Counted from the first letter of the stretch, positions 22,696-39,060 are shown. The stretch is DNA of 64,000 bases from an uncultured Candidatus Saccharibacteria bacterium (GCA_963716565.1 OY970318.1:192830-256829); one strand, 5' to 3'. The notes: generated by a model not told the origin, from the sequence alone. Numbers and translations: made by a program.

Positions 22696-22746
22696 AGGGG
22701 CCTAGCGCGCGGGCGCTGGCCCCTGTGAAGCCCATGTGTGGGCTTC
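22696..22746. terminator. Two GC hairpins between convergent clpP and 22749..23102 (bidirectional terminator region)
   Basis: The hairpins are aggggcc/ggcccct (22696-22724) and gaagccca/tgggcttc (22727-22746). On the minus strand the second hairpin of the pair is followed by a T-rich tail. Confidence 0.55.
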
Positions 22747-22748
22747 TG

Positions 22749-23102
22749 TTATGGGAGCGGGTTGACTTCGTGTAGCGCCACGGTAATGCTCCAGCTCTTC
22801 CAGACGTTGGTGAAGGCGCCAGAGTGCGTCTCGGCCGATGCCCATCTGAAACCGGCCTGCTCGATTGCCTTTGTAGCGGCGCTCTGCAAGAGCCCATTCA
22901 AGCCAGTCCGAGACATCATTAGATCAATTCTCCGCCTGGCTCTGGAGGGAACCCTGTAGTCAACCCTGGCATACCCTCTGCCACCGTTATTGTAGTACCG
23001 GATGGCAGTGCTGAGAGCCTGTCGGAACATGTCCTCGAAACGCATGTATTCGAGGATCATCTTCTTATTCTGCTCACGGGCTTCCTGATCGACAGCTATC
23101 AC
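22749..23102 (-). CDS. Hypothetical protein on a high-GC single-gene cassette
   Basis: The GTG start at 23102 lies 7 nt after GGTGG. TGTTATACT (extended -10) is on the minus strand at 23142-23150. Terminator hairpins lie downstream. No family was recognised. Confidence 0.5.
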   Translation of the reverse strand: MIAVDQEAREQNKKMILEYMRFEDMFRQALSTAIRYYNNGGRGYARVDYRVPSRARRRIDLMMSRTGLNGLLQSAATKAIEQAGFRWASAETHSGAFTNVWKSWSITVALHEVNPLP

Positions 23103-23394
23103 CTTATTTCCACCTTTCGGCTAGACTGCGTAATCGCCATTAGTATAACATAATAGGGGCGTATTAGCAAGTCTGGCAGTACGTGCTGTTAACAAAAGTA
23201 TCCACAGGTAGCAAAAAATCTTAAAAAAGATTTGACAAACTGTAAAAAATCCCTCAGACTACTCTTCAAGAAGTAGTATAAGACGGGCAGTGCTTTAGTT
23301 TGCTTAATGTAAAGCGCCAAAAACCGCCAGCTTAGTTAACCTTCGCCCAAAAAATAAATTCAGCATAACTTAACATAAGGATATCAACTGATTT

Positions 23395-26300
23395 ATGGCT
23401 CAAACTAAAGCTCCAGCAAAAGACAGCGTCACCACAAAAAAAGACAGGGTATATTTTACAAAAAGCGAAGGAATAGAGCTCCCCAACCTAGTAGACCACC
23501 AAAATAAGAGTTTTGGTTGGTTTGTTAATGAAGGGCTTGGTGAATTATTAGCCGAAATTAATCCAATAGATGATTACACCGGCACCAAACTAACCCTAAA
23601 TTTTAAGAATTATCATTTTGAAGAACCCAAAACTTCAGAAGCCGAAGCCCGTGAAAACAACATTAGCTACGAAGCCCCGCTAAAGGCCTTAGTAGAACTA
23701 ACCAACAAGGTAACCGGCGAAGTTAAGGAACAAGAAATTTACTTAGGCGACTACCCCTGGATGACCACTAGGGGCACTTTTGTAATTAATGGCGCCGAGC
23801 GCGTGGTAGTTAGCCAGTTAATCCGTAGCCCAGGCGTCTTTTTTAAAGCCACTCAACACGGTGGCACCAACCTGTATGGAGCCAAGGTTATTCCTAACCG
23901 AGGAGCTTGGTTAGAATTCGAAACCGCTGCTAATGGAGCCATGTATGTAAAAATAGACCGACGTCGTAAAATCCCAATCACCACCTTGCTAAAAGCTTTG
24001 GGCATGGGCGAAACGTGCTATTAAAGAAGCTGTAAAGCATGTAGATAGCGGCAAACTAAATTACATCGATGCTACGTTAGAAAAAGATCCTTCTAAAGGT
24101 ACTGGCGAAGCTTTAATTGAAGTTTACCGCCGTTTGCGCCCAGGAGACTTAGCTACTGTAGATAACGCCCGTAGCTTGCTAGAAAACATGTTCTACAACT
24201 ACAAGCGTTTTGACTTTAGCCGAGTTGGCCGCTACAAAATGAACAAGCGCTTGGATATGGATATTCCAAATACTGCCGAAAACCGCGTATTGCGCCTAGA
24301 AGACCTTATTGCCATCGTAGCCGAAATTATTCGTTTGAATAACACCCAAGAACCCGATGACGACATCGATAGCCTAGCTAACCGCCGCGTTAAATTGGTA
24401 GGCGAATTAGTACAAAGGCAGTTCCGTATTGGTTTATTGCGTATGGAACGCAACGCCAAAGATCGCATGAGCATGTGCGAAATCGAAACCGTTACACCTG
24501 GCCAGCTTATTAATGCTCGCCCAGTTGTAGCTGCTGTTCGTGAATTCTTTGCCTCGTCTCAGCTAAGCCAGTTTATGGACCAAATTAACCCGCTAAGCGA
24601 ATTAGCTCACAAGCGTCGCTTAAGTTCTATGGGCCCTGGTGGCTTAAGCCGCGAACGGGCTGGTTTTGAAGTACGTGACGCTCACGCTACTCACTATGGC
24701 CGTATTTGCGTGGTAGAAACTCCCGAAGGTGCCAACATTGGTTTGGTACTTAACATGGCTAGTTTTGCCCGTATTAACGAATACGGTTTTATTGAAACTC
24801 CATATAAAAGGGTTATTAATGCCTTGCCAGCCAAGAAGGCTGTTGGCCACATTGCCGGTGTTGATTTAGAAGATGCCAAGGGTAAGACAATTGTTAAAAA
24901 GGGTCAAAAAATTACTGCTGAGCAGGCTAAAAAGCTAGAGGCCATAAAAGAAAAAGCTACTTGGCCAGTTAAGTCCCAAGTTACTAGCGAAATTGTTTAT
25001 TTAGACGCTAGCGAAGAAGAAAAAGCAGTTATTGCCGGAGCCGGTAACGAAACCGACAAAGACGGCTTATTTTGTACATCCCAGAGTATCTGCTCGTAGC
25101 AATATGACTGCCGGTGAAGTTGACCCGCAAGAAGTCACTTATATTGATGCCGATACCAAACAAATTGTTGGTACCAGCGCTGCTTTAATTCCATTTGTAG
25201 AAAAGAACTATGTATACCGAAGTTTGATGGGTAGTAACCAGCAACGCCAGGCTGTACCTTTAATTAATCCAGAAGCTCCAATTGTTGGTTCTGGTGTAGA
25301 AGGTGTAGCTGCCCGCAACACCGGCCAGGTTGTTTTGGCCGAAGGTAAGGGTAAAGTTGTTAAAGCTACTGCCGAAGAAATTGTTGTTGATTACGGCAAG
25401 GTACGAAAAAACCTACAAGCCAATGCACTTTGTGCGCAGCAACGAAGGCTCTTCGATTAATCAAAAAGTGGCCGTTAACAGCGGTGATACTGTAAAAGAA
25501 GGCGACATTCTAATAGAAGGTATGAGCGTACAGGGCGGCGAATTGGCGCTAGGTAAAGACCTGCTAGTAGCCTTTATGCCTTGGTGCGGTTACAACTTTG
25601 AAGACGCTATTATTATTAGCAACCGCTTAGTGCGCGATGACGTGTTCACCAGCATCCACATTGTGGATTACATGACCGAAGTACGCGAAACCAAGTTAGG
25701 GCCAGAAATTGTTACCAGTGATATTCCAAACGTTTCCGAAGAAGCTCTAAGACACTTAGACGAAGATGGTATTGTACGAATCGGTGCCGAAGTTCACCCT
25801 GGCGACATCTTGGTTGGCAAGATTACTCCTAAGGGCGAGCAAGAATTAAGCAGTGAAGAACGCTTGCTACGTGCTATTTTTGGCGAAAAAGCCAAAGAAG
25901 TCCGTGACACTTCGCAGCGTATGAGCAACGGCAAACATGGCAAGGTTGTGGGCGTAAAGATATTTAGCCGCGCCACTGGCCATGAACTTAAGGCCGGCGT
26001 TATCATGCAAATCCAGGTGTTTGTTGCCCAAATGCGCAAGATTGATGTTGGTGATAAGCTAGGTGGTCGCCATGGTAACAAGGGTGTAATTGCCCGTATT
26101 TTGCCACTAGAAGACATGCCATATACCGAAGACGGTACTCCAGTAGATATTGTTTTGAACCCACTAGGTGTACCAAGTCGTATGAACATTGGCCAGTTGT
26201 TTGAAACTCACTTAGGTATGGCCGCTAAGGCATTAGGCTTTAGAGTTGCTAGCCCGCCATTCAATGGTGTGCCAATTGAGACTATCAAAGACTTACTTAA

Positions 26301-26922
26301 AAAAGCCGGCCTAAACGAAGATGGCAAGCAACAGTTGTTTGATGGCCGGACTGGTGCTCCATTTAAAGACCGTACCACTGTTGGCTGTATGTATATGATT
26401 AAGCTAAACCACATGATTGCCGATAAAATCCACGCTCGTTCTACTGGGCCATACACCATGGTTACTCAGCAGCCATTGGGCGGTAAAGCTCAAAACGGTG
26501 GCCAAAGATTCGGCGAAATGGAAGTTTGGGCATTAGAAGCTTACGGTGCTGCTAACACCTTGCAAGAAATGCTAACTATTAAGTCCGACGATGTTTATGG
26601 CCGTGCCAAAGCTTACGAAGCTATCATAAAAGACACCGAAATTGTTGGGCCAAAAGTACCAGAAAGCTTTAACGTACTTGTTAAAGAGCTACAAGGTTTG
26701 TGCCTAAAAGTTGACCTAGTTGACCTAAGCAAAGGCAAGGCAATTGATGCCGAAGCCTTGCTAGAAACTAACATTAAAGACGAAGCAGCTCACGAAGCTG
26801 AAGTAGAAGCTCCACAATCACCTATTAACGACCTAGATATGTCTAAAGAAATCGATAACGACGAATTCTTAATTATGGATGAATCGGGCGAAGAGATTAC
26901 CGTAACCGAAGAAGCTACCTGA
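23395..26922 (+). CDS. rpoB: DNA-directed RNA polymerase beta subunit, reading frame broken about 3 times
   Basis: Track fragments 23395-24024, 24134-25099, 25032-25460 and 25330-26922 read as consecutive RpoB sequence. Frame changes fall near 24010-24030, 25060-25100 and 25390-25440. Confidence 0.9.
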
Positions 26923-26954
26923 AGCAGACAATAACGAAACGGAGGAAGAATAAG

Positions 26955-30756
<3,802 letters not shown>

Positions 30757-30797
30757 TATTGACTCTAATGCTTAAATCTGTTTAAATAAATATTCAC

Positions 30798-31205
30798 ATG
30801 CCTACAATAAATCAATTAATCCGAAAACCACGCAGCAAATCAAAGTTTAAGAGCAAATCGCCAGCTTTGATGCGTGTTACTAATACCCTAAAAACAAAGA
30901 ACTACGAAAAGCCATCACCATTCAAACGTGGTGTTTGCGTTAAGGTAACTACCAAAACTCCTAAAAAGCCAAACTCAGCCTTACGTAAAGTTGCTCGTGT
31001 TCGCTTAAACAACGGTTACGAAGTTTGGGCTTATATTGGTGGAGAAGGCCATAACCTGCAAGAACATGCCGTTGTTTTAGTTAGAGGTGGTAGAGTACCT
31101 GACTTACCTGGTGTACGTTACCATGTTGTTAGGGGTAGTTTAGATCTTCAAGGTGTTACTAATCGTAAACAGGGCCGTAGCAAGTACGGAGCCAAGAAGA
31201 AGTAA
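30798..31205 (+). CDS. rpsL: 30S ribosomal protein S12
   Basis: The product starts [12 protein letters not shown] and contains [10 protein letters not shown]. It is intact. Confidence 0.95.
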   Translation: MPTINQLIRKPRSKSKFKSKSPALMRVTNTLKTKNYEKPSPFKRGVCVKVTTKTPKKPNSALRKVARVRLNNGYEVWAYIGGEGHNLQEHAVVLVRGGRVPDLPGVRYHVVRGSLDLQGVTNRKQGRSKYGAKKK

Positions 31206-31322
31206 TTAGTTAATAAATTAATAGGATAGGGACTTTCGTGAACCCTAACTCGCACCATTCAAAAGCTTCAGTGACCGCTCCTTCGTAGCTTAGGAAGAAG
31301 GAAGAGGAACGGAGTATCAAAA

Positions 31323-31803
31323 ATGCCACGCAAGAAAACTAAGAGTTTAGTGCGCGAAATCGCACCAGATCGTAAATATAACAGTGTAAGAGTTGCTCGG
31401 TTGATTAACCGAGTGATGCTTAATGGCAAAAAACAAATTGCCGAAAAAATAGTTTACGACAGCCATGGATATCGCTGCTGAAAAACTAAAAAGCGAAGAT
31501 GCCCTAGCGGTATTAGATAAAGCTTTAGACAACGTAAAGCCAAGCCTAGAGACTAGATCTAGAAGGGTTGGTGGAGCAAATTACCAGATCCCGTTCGAAG
31601 TCCACGGCCAACGCCAGACTCATTTAACTATGATGTGGTTTGTAGCAGCTGCTAGATCCCGCAAAGGGATGCCAATGGCCGAACGTATGGCTATTGAAAT
31701 TATGGATGCCTATAACAACACTGGTACTGCTGTTAAGAAACGTGAAGATACCCATAAGATGGCCGAAAGCAACCGCGCTTTTGCCCACTTTGCCAGAAAC
31801 TAA
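31323..31803 (+). CDS. rpsG: 30S ribosomal protein S7, one frame break
   Basis: The ATG at 31323 gives [21 protein letters not shown]...KIVYDS. A frame change near 31455-31465 then joins track ORF 31465..31803 (MDIAAEKL...). Confidence 0.85.
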
Positions 31804-31820
31804 AACAGAAAGGGAACATA

Positions 31821-33908
31821 ATGGCTAAAAAATATGCACTAAATCACATCAGAAACATCGGTACTATTGCCCATATTGATGCTGGTAAAACTACCGTAAC
31901 CGAAGGTATTTTGTATCGCACTGGTTTAAAGCACAAAATTGGCGCCGTTCACGAAGGTGAAACTACTACCGACTGGATGGAGCAAGAACGCGAACGTGGT
32001 ATTACCATTGTTTCGGCTGCTGTAACCTGTTTTTGGCGTGATCACCAAGTTAACATTATCGATACTCCCGGCCATATTGACTTTACTGTAGAAGTAGAGC
32101 GCAGCTTACGCGTTTTAGACGGTGCAGTTGTAGTTTTTGACGGCAAAATGGGTGTAGAAAGCCAGAGCGAAACCGTATGGCGCCAAGCCGACAAATACGG
32201 TGTTCCACGTATCTGTTTTATTAACAAAATCAACCAGACTGGTGGTGATTTTTATAAGAGCCTAGACAGTATTCATCATCGCTTAAATAAGCATGCTTTT
32301 CCGGTACATTTGCCAATTGGTTTTGAACAAAGTATTAATGGCCTAGTTGATTTAATTAGCCTAAAAGCCTACCAATATAACCGAATTTGACGATAAAGAA
32401 CTAAAAGAAATCCCCATTCCAGCCGACATGCAAGATAAGGTAAGCAAATATCGTTCGCTATTAATCGAAAACGCCGTAGCTGAAGACGAAACAGATTCTA
32501 GAAAAATACCTAGAAGTTGGCGAAGAAGGCTTAAGCGAAGAAGAAATCAGACAAGCTGTTCGTAGTGCCGTATTAACTGGTAAATTCTTTGCCGTTACTG
32601 GTGGTGATGGCCGTGGCGTTATTGTAGAAAAACTGCTAGACCTAGTTGTTGATTTACTACCCAGCCCAGCCGACAAGCCTAGTACTTGGGGTACTCATCC
32701 CAAAACTGGTGACGAAGTAGAACGCAAAAACACCGAAAACGAACCATTCACAGCCTTAGCTTTTAAGATTGCCACCGACCAATTTGTAGGTAAATTAGCA
32801 TACTTTAGAACTTATGCCGGTAAAGTTATCGCTGGCTCATATATTTTGAATAGCTCTACCGGTGAAAAAGAAAGAGTTGGCCGTATTGTTAGAATGCACG
32901 CCGACAAGCGTGAAGATGTTGACGAAGTATCGGCTGGTGATATTGCCGCTATTGTTGGCCTAAAAGGTACAACTACTGGTAATACCTTATGTGATGCGGC
33001 TCATCCAATCGTGCTAGAAAGCATTACCTTCCCAGAGCCTCCAGTTAGCATTGCTATAGAACCGGCTACCAAAGCCGACCAAGAAAAGATGAGTTTAGCC
33101 TTGCAGCGCCTGGCCGAAGAAGACCCAACCTTTAGAATTAAGGTAGATCACGAAACTGGCCAGACCATTATTAGTGGTATGGGTGAACTTCACCTAGAAA
33201 TCATCGTAGACAGAATGAAGCGCGAGTTTAGCGTGGTAGCCAATGTTGGCGCACCACAGGTAGCGTACCGCGAAACTATCCGCAAGGATGGCATCGAAGT
33301 TCAAGGCAAATATATTCGCCAATCTGGTGGTCGCGGCCAGTACGGTGACGTATGGCTAAGATTGTTCCAGAACGAAGCTGGCAAAGGCTTTGAGTTTATT
33401 AACAGTATTAAGGGCGGCGTAATCCCTAGCGAATACATTCCAGCTGTTAAGGCGGGCGTTGAAGAATCTTTAACCAACGGTGTTATTGCCGGCTACCCAG
33501 TTGTAGACGTCAAAGTAGAGCTTTACTATGGCTCGTACCATGATGTTGACTCCAGCGAATTGGCCTTTAAGATCGCCGGATCGATGGCTATAGCCGAAGG
33601 TGTTAAAAAAGCCAATCCAGTACTGTTAGAACCAATCATGAAACTAGTTGTTGTAACTCCCGAAGAGTACATGGGTGACGTTATTGGCGACTTAAACTCC
33701 AAGCGTGGTCGCATAGAAAAGATGGAAGATTTAGCTAACGGTGTGAAAGAAATTACCGCTTTTGTACCACTTGGTGAAATGTTTGGCTATACCACAACTT
33801 TGCGTTCTAACACTAAAGGCCGTGCCAGCTTCTTCGATGGAACTAGACCACTATGCTGACGTTCCACGTAACGTGGCCGAAGCCATTATTGCCAAAAACG
33901 CTAAATAA
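31821..33908 (+). CDS. fusA: Elongation factor G, reading frame broken about 3 times
   Basis: The G domain ([18 protein letters not shown]-like NKIN) lies in 31821-32390. The gene continues in other frames from about 32390 and about 32500, then through track ORF 32846-33859. The true C-terminus (...[15 protein letters not shown]) ends at 33908. Confidence 0.9.
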
Positions 33909-34016
33909 CTCTTTACAAATTCAGTAATGATTAGCTTTACAAAATACAAGACAGATAATTTGCGCTTACACAAAGATGTTAATCGCGTTTAAATTAGAGT
34001 CTAATAAGGAGAACAC

Positions 34017-35200
34017 ATGGCAGACACATTTGATCGCAGCAAACCGCATATGAACGTTGGCACCATGGGTCACGTTGACCATGGCAAGACCAGCTTAACA
34101 TCGGCTATTACAATGGTATTAGCAAAGCGCATGCCGAGCGCTATTAACAAGCCTATCGCTTTTGACCAAATCGATAACGCCCCAGAAGAAAAAGCTCGTG
34201 GTATTACGATTGCTACCTCTCACCAAGAATACGAGAGCGAAAAGCGTCACTATGCTCATGTTGACATGCCAGGTCACGCCGACTATGTCAAAAACATGAT
34301 TACCGGTGCTGCTCAGATTGATGGTGCTATTTTGGTAGTTTCAGCTGCCGATGGCCCTATGCCTCAAACTCGTGAGCACGTTTTGTTAGCTCGCCAAGTT
34401 GGCGTACCAGCTATTTTGGTCTATTTGAACAAAATGGACTTAGCCGACCCAGAGCTAGTTGAACTAGTAGAAATGGACATTCGTGAACTTCTAGAAAAGC
34501 AAGGCTTTGACAAAGATGCTCCTATTATTAAAGGCAGTGCCACCAAAGCTATCGAAGGCGACAAAGAAGCCGAAGATTCCATTATGGAACTTGTTAAAGC
34601 TATGGACGATTACTTCCAGATCCAAAGCGCGAACTAGAAAAACCATTCAGAATGGCCATAGAAGACGTCTTTAGCATCAAAGGCCGTGGTACAGTTGCTA
34701 CTGGCCGTATCGACCAAGGTATTGTTAAAGTTAACGACGAAGTCGAAATCGTTGGCATCCGACCAACCAAAAAGACTGTTGTAACTGGCGTTGAAATGTT
34801 CAAGAAATCCTTGGATCAAGGCCAAGCTGGCGACAACGTTGGCGTATTACTACGCGGCGTAGAGCGAGACGACATTGAGCGCGGTCAAGTATTGTGCAAG
34901 CCAGGCAGTATTACGCCTCACACCGAATTCGACAGTGAAGTTTATATCTTGACTAAAGAAGAAGGCGGTCGCCACACACCATTCTTTAAGGGCTACAAAC
35001 CACAGTTCTACTTCCAGACCACTGACGTGACCGGTGAAGTTGAATTGCCAGCCGACAAAGAAATGGTTATGCCAGGCGATACAATCACCTTTAAGGTAAA
35101 ATTGTTAGCTCCGATTGCAATGGAACAAGGCACTCACTTTGCTATCCGCGAAGGCGGACGTACTGTTGGCGCCGGTGTTGTAACCAAAGTTATCAAATAG
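34017..35200 (+). CDS. tuf: Elongation factor Tu, one frame break
   Basis: 34017-34637 carries [13 protein letters not shown] and NKMD. 34652-35200 carries domains II and III. Adding one C to the CC at about 34616 restores [23 protein letters not shown]. Confidence 0.92.
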
Positions 35201-35210
35201 GCAGCAATAT

Positions 35211-35552
35211 ATGGCAGACGCACCTTCCACAACTACAAACATTACCCAAAAACAACGTATTCGTATCCGCTTGAAAGCTTATGATCATAAGGTTATCGAT
35301 CAATCTGCCAAGCAAATAGTGGATACTGCTCTTAGAACTGGCGCCCATATTGCCGGCCCAATACCACTACCTACCCGTAAAACGGTTTATACAGTGGTAA
35401 AAAGCCCCCATGTTTATAAGAAAGGTCGCGAACAGTTTGAGATGCGCGTACACAAGCGTTTGATCGACATCACCGAACCAACTGCAAAGACAGTAGACAG
35501 CTTAATGAACTTGTCGCTGCCGGCTGGATGTGATGCCGAGATTAAGATGTAA
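35211..35552 (+). CDS. rpsJ: 30S ribosomal protein S10
   Basis: It contains [21 protein letters not shown] and RLIDI. Confidence 0.9.
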   Translation: MADAPSTTTNITQKQRIRIRLKAYDHKVIDQSAKQIVDTALRTGAHIAGPIPLPTRKTVYTVVKSPHVYKKGREQFEMRVHKRLIDITEPTAKTVDSLMNLSLPAGCDAEIKM

Positions 35553-35615
35553 CATTCCGGCCTCCTGCAAGGAAGCCGGACGAGAAGCCGCACCCCGAAA
35601 GACGGGGCAAGAAAA

Positions 35616-35641
35616 ACCGCTCCAAAAAAGAGCGGTTTTTT
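35616..35641 (+). terminator. Rho-independent terminator after rpsJ (third of three consecutive hairpins, 35555-35641)
   Basis: The stem accgctc/gagcggt is followed by a T6 run. It is preceded by hairpins tccggc/gccgga and ccccg/cgggg. Confidence 0.7.
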
Positions 35642-35707
35642 GTATAGTTACTGGATAGTTTAAAAATACTCTAAATTATAAGATTGGATATGTTAACATA
35701 AGTATTA

Positions 35708-35986
35708 ATGAACAAAAAAGCCAACAAGAACAACTCAAACAGTAAGGTAGTCGAAAAGGACACCGTGTACGTTTTAAAACTAGTACTATTTTTTATTCTG
35801 GGATGCATGTGGCTACGCCTGGGCGGCGCTAACGGTACACCTATACCAGTCGGCTTAGTATTTGGTATTTTATTCGCTAGTCATGATCATTTTCAGATAG
35901 ATAAAAAGATAGAATTTGCCATATTGTTGGTAGCAGCTATCTTAAGCTTTGTTGCACCTATCGGCTTTGTACTAGACATCCAATAG
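35708..35986 (+). CDS. Small membrane protein
   Basis: 92 aa. A Lys/Asn-rich N-terminus is followed by three hydrophobic segments. Confidence 0.5.
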   Translation: MNKKANKNNSNSKVVEKDTVYVLKLVLFFILGCMWLRLGGANGTPIPVGLVFGILFASHDHFQIDKKIEFAILLVAAILSFVAPIGFVLDIQ

Positions 35987-36045
35987 TGGTCATTGTTGCC
36001 AATATTAATTAGTTGTAGAATTAATTCATAAAAGGAGCAAGTGTT

Positions 36046-37312
36046 ATGGAGGAAAAGATTAAGGTTAATAAGAAGTCTATCAAATCCGATAAAAAACCGG
36101 TTGCACCTGCTACTACCGAGGCAACAGCCGTGCCAGTAGCTACAGAAACAGCTAAAAAACCCAAATCTAAGAAGACCCTGTTTATTGCCATTGTTATAGT
36201 CTTAATTTTGGCTATCGGTGGCGCCGCTGGGGCCTACTTTGGCTATGTCAAACCCAACCAGCCGGCCAATGTAGTAAAATCGGCCATTAACAAAACGCTA
36301 GTTGCTACAGCTGGTAGCCAATCTTCTTTTGATATCTCGGCCGAATTTACACCGATCGGAGAAAGACACAGCAGTAAATATAAGTGAGCTTACTATTAGC
36401 GGCGGCTTTGATGCCGATTCCAATATGCAGGCCAATGTGAGTGTTTCGGTAAGTGGCTTTGACGTAAGCGCCCAAGCGATCTTAAGGCTAGAAGATCAAG
36501 AAGCCTACCTAAAGCTCGAAGGCCTTGATAGTATACTTTCGACTTTTGGCGAACTCTTATCTGATGATGGTATTAGCTACATGGTAAATACTTTGAGCGA
36601 TAACTGGATTAGGCTTAGCGCCTCTGACCTTGAAGATGCTGGCATTATTGCGAGCGAACAGGCTGATAATGCTAATGAGTGCATCGACGCTTTGGCGACC
36701 TTCGTAACCGATTCCAGAAGCAATCTGCAAACCGAGTTTAATAATATCTATGAAAAGGCCGATTTCGCTAAGATGACTAAAGTCGGCAACGATGTTGTGG
36801 ACGGTAAAAAGCTTACTAAATACGCCGTAACCATCGACCAAGCCAAATTAAAAGTTTTCTTTCAGGGGTTAGGCAACACCTTAACTGGTTCAGCTGGCGA
36901 ATTAGCCGATAAGTGCGGTATGGAAATTACCAACAGTGAAAACGAGAGCTCAAATAGCAGTGATAGTGTTTTATCATCTGTTGACATGGATATCCAGGAC
37001 GTCTTCTTATGGATTAATCCCGAAAAGCTCATTAGCAAGATAGAGGCTACTATGGCTAATGATGAAATGAAAACAGTTATTACTGCCACATTGGGCAACG
37101 AAAAAGTAGATACTGATGCTCCCAGTGATTACCTGACGATCCCAGAACTATTGCAAGACTCAACCTTTACTGAATCATTCATTGATATCTTCAGCGGGTT
37201 TAGCGCATCATCAGATAGCGACTACGGTGACTACTCTGATTACTCTGATTACTCCGATTATTCCGACTATACAGACTATACCGATTACTCGGACATCTTA
37301 AATGACTTGTAA
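36046..37312 (+). CDS. Membrane-anchored/secreted protein with a C-terminal DY[S/T] repeat tail, one frame break
   Basis: Track ORF 36046-36387 has a basic N-terminus and one TM helix. It joins 36302-37312 with a frame change near 36350-36370. Confidence 0.5.
37220..37291 (+). repeat. Eight tandem 9-bp units (GAYTAYNSN) encoding D-Y-[G/S/T]
   Basis: The units are gactacggt gactactct gattactct gattactcc gattattcc gactataca gactatacc gattactcg. Confidence 0.85.
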
Positions 37313-37430
37313 AAGTTAGCGTTGCTAAAAATACTATAGATATTTACTGAAATATCGCCATAATAAAAGAAAACCGCTTGGGAAGTCCAGGCCAAAGAGA
37401 CAAATATTAACTTAAAAATAGAGGTGAAAC

Positions 37431-39023
37431 ATGGCGACTAAGTATATCTTTGTTACTGGTGGGGTGTTGAGTGGTTTGGGCAAGGGCATAAGCGCTGCCA
37501 GTATCGGGGCAATCCTTAAGGCCCGTGGCTTCAATGTAAATATCCAAAAATGTGACCCTTATTTTAATGTCGATGCTGGCACCCTAAACCCCGCCGAACA
37601 TGGTGAGGTATTTGTTACTAAAGATGGAGCCGAAGCAGACCTAGACTTAGGCCATTATGAGCGCTTCTTAGATATTGAACTCACCCAAAAAAGCTCCACC
37701 ATGAGCGGTAAGATTATCCGCCAAGTTATTGAAGATGAGCGAGCAGGTAAGTACTTGGGTAAAACCGTCCAAGTTATCCCACATGTTACCGACGCTATGC
37801 AGCAGACCATTATTGATGCTGCCAGGAGCTTCGATATCCACATAGTAGAAGTAGGTGGTACGGTTGGCGACTACGAAAGCACCGCTTTTATTGAAGCCAT
37901 AAGACAAATAAAAAACAAGGTTGGGCCTAAAAATGTTTTATACGTACAAGTTGTTTACTTGCCCTATCTAGAGGCTAGCCAAGAAATAAAATCTAAACCA
38001 GCTCAAAATGCCGTAAGAGATTTAAGAGAAGCTGGCATTAACCCAGACATATTAGTTGCTCGGGCCGATCATATAGTACCGGCTGGGGTTGTCAAAAAAC
38101 TCAGCTTATTTACAGACGTACCAGTTGAAGCTGTTATACCTATGCCTACCGCCGATTCGGTTTACCAAGTGCCTTTGCTGTTAGAACAATTAGGCATTGG
38201 TGATTTAATCACTAAAAGGTTTCACCTAAAGAACCAAAAGCCCAACTTGAAACAGTGGTTAGTGCTAAACGATTTATTAGCCAAGAAATACTCAAAGCCT
38301 GTTCAAATAGGTATAGTCGCAAAATATTTAGACCATCAAGATACTTATATGAGCGTTATTGAAGCCTTAAAGAGCGCCTGTTGGCATAATAAATGTTCTT
38401 TAAGCTATCAATGGATAGACGCCGAAAGTCTTAATGACAGCAACGCCAAGGCTACTCTAGGCAAGCTAGATGGAGTTATAGTGCCAGGCGGATTTGGCCC
38501 CAGAGGCATCGAGGGTAAAATCTCGGCCGCTAAATACTGCTTAAAAAATAATGTTCCGTACTTGGGCCTATGCTTGGGTTTGCAAGTAGCGGCAATCGCT
38601 GCTGCTCGTTTGAGTGGCCTAAAAGACGCTAACTCTACTGAGTTTGATCCCAAAACTAAAAACCCAGTAATAGATTTAATGGAATCCCAAAAGCAAGTTA
38701 TTACTAAGGGTGGCACTATGAGATTGGGCAACTACGAGTGTTGTTTGGCTAAAAAGTCGCTGGCCTACAAGATATACAAAGAAGAAGTCATCTTAGAAAG
38801 GCATCGCCACCGGTACGAGTTTAACCCCGAATACACCGATTGCCTTAAAGAGCAGGGCGTTAACATTGTAGGCACTAACCCAGCAAGCGGGCTGGCCGAA
38901 GTCTTAGAATCTGGAAAAAACCGGTTCTTTGTAGCGTCGCAGTTCCACCCAGAATTTAAAAGCCGCCCATCAAAACCGCACCCGCTTTTTTATGCTTTTG
39001 TAAAAGCCGCTATTAAAAGCTAA
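37431..39023 (+). CDS. pyrG: CTP synthase
   Basis: 530 aa and intact. It starts KYIFVTGGVLSGLGKG and has a C-terminal glutamine amidotransferase domain (GLCLG, HRHRYEFN). Confidence 0.93.
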   Translation: MATKYIFVTGGVLSGLGKGISAASIGAILKARGFNVNIQKCDPYFNVDAGTLNPAEHGEVFVTKDGAEADLDLGHYERFLDIELTQKSSTMSGKIIRQVIEDERAGKYLGKTVQVIPHVTDAMQQTIIDAARSFDIHIVEVGGTVGDYESTAFIEAIRQIKNKVGPKNVLYVQVVYLPYLEASQEIKSKPAQNAVRDLREAGINPDILVARADHIVPAGVVKKLSLFTDVPVEAVIPMPTADSVYQVPLLLEQLGIGDLITKRFHLKNQKPNLKQWLVLNDLLAKKYSKPVQIGIVAKYLDHQDTYMSVIEALKSACWHNKCSLSYQWIDAESLNDSNAKATLGKLDGVIVPGGFGPRGIEGKISAAKYCLKNNVPYLGLCLGLQVAAIAAARLSGLKDANSTEFDPKTKNPVIDLMESQKQVITKGGTMRLGNYECCLAKKSLAYKIYKEEVILERHRHRYEFNPEYTDCLKEQGVNIVGTNPASGLAEVLESGKNRFFVASQFHPEFKSRPSKPHPLFYAFVKAAIKS

Positions 39024-39030
39024 TAAGAAG

Positions 39031-39060
39031 TTGACTTTACTCTTATACTACTGGTATAAT
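39031..39060 (+). promoter_or_regulatory. Near-consensus promoter upstream of rplC, followed by a ~110-nt structured leader
   Basis: TTGACT (39031-39036), an 18-nt spacer ending in TGG, and TATAAT (39055-39060). The leader contains cttggtg...caccaag (7-bp stem) and gcatttttatgc hairpins. Confidence 0.5.
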
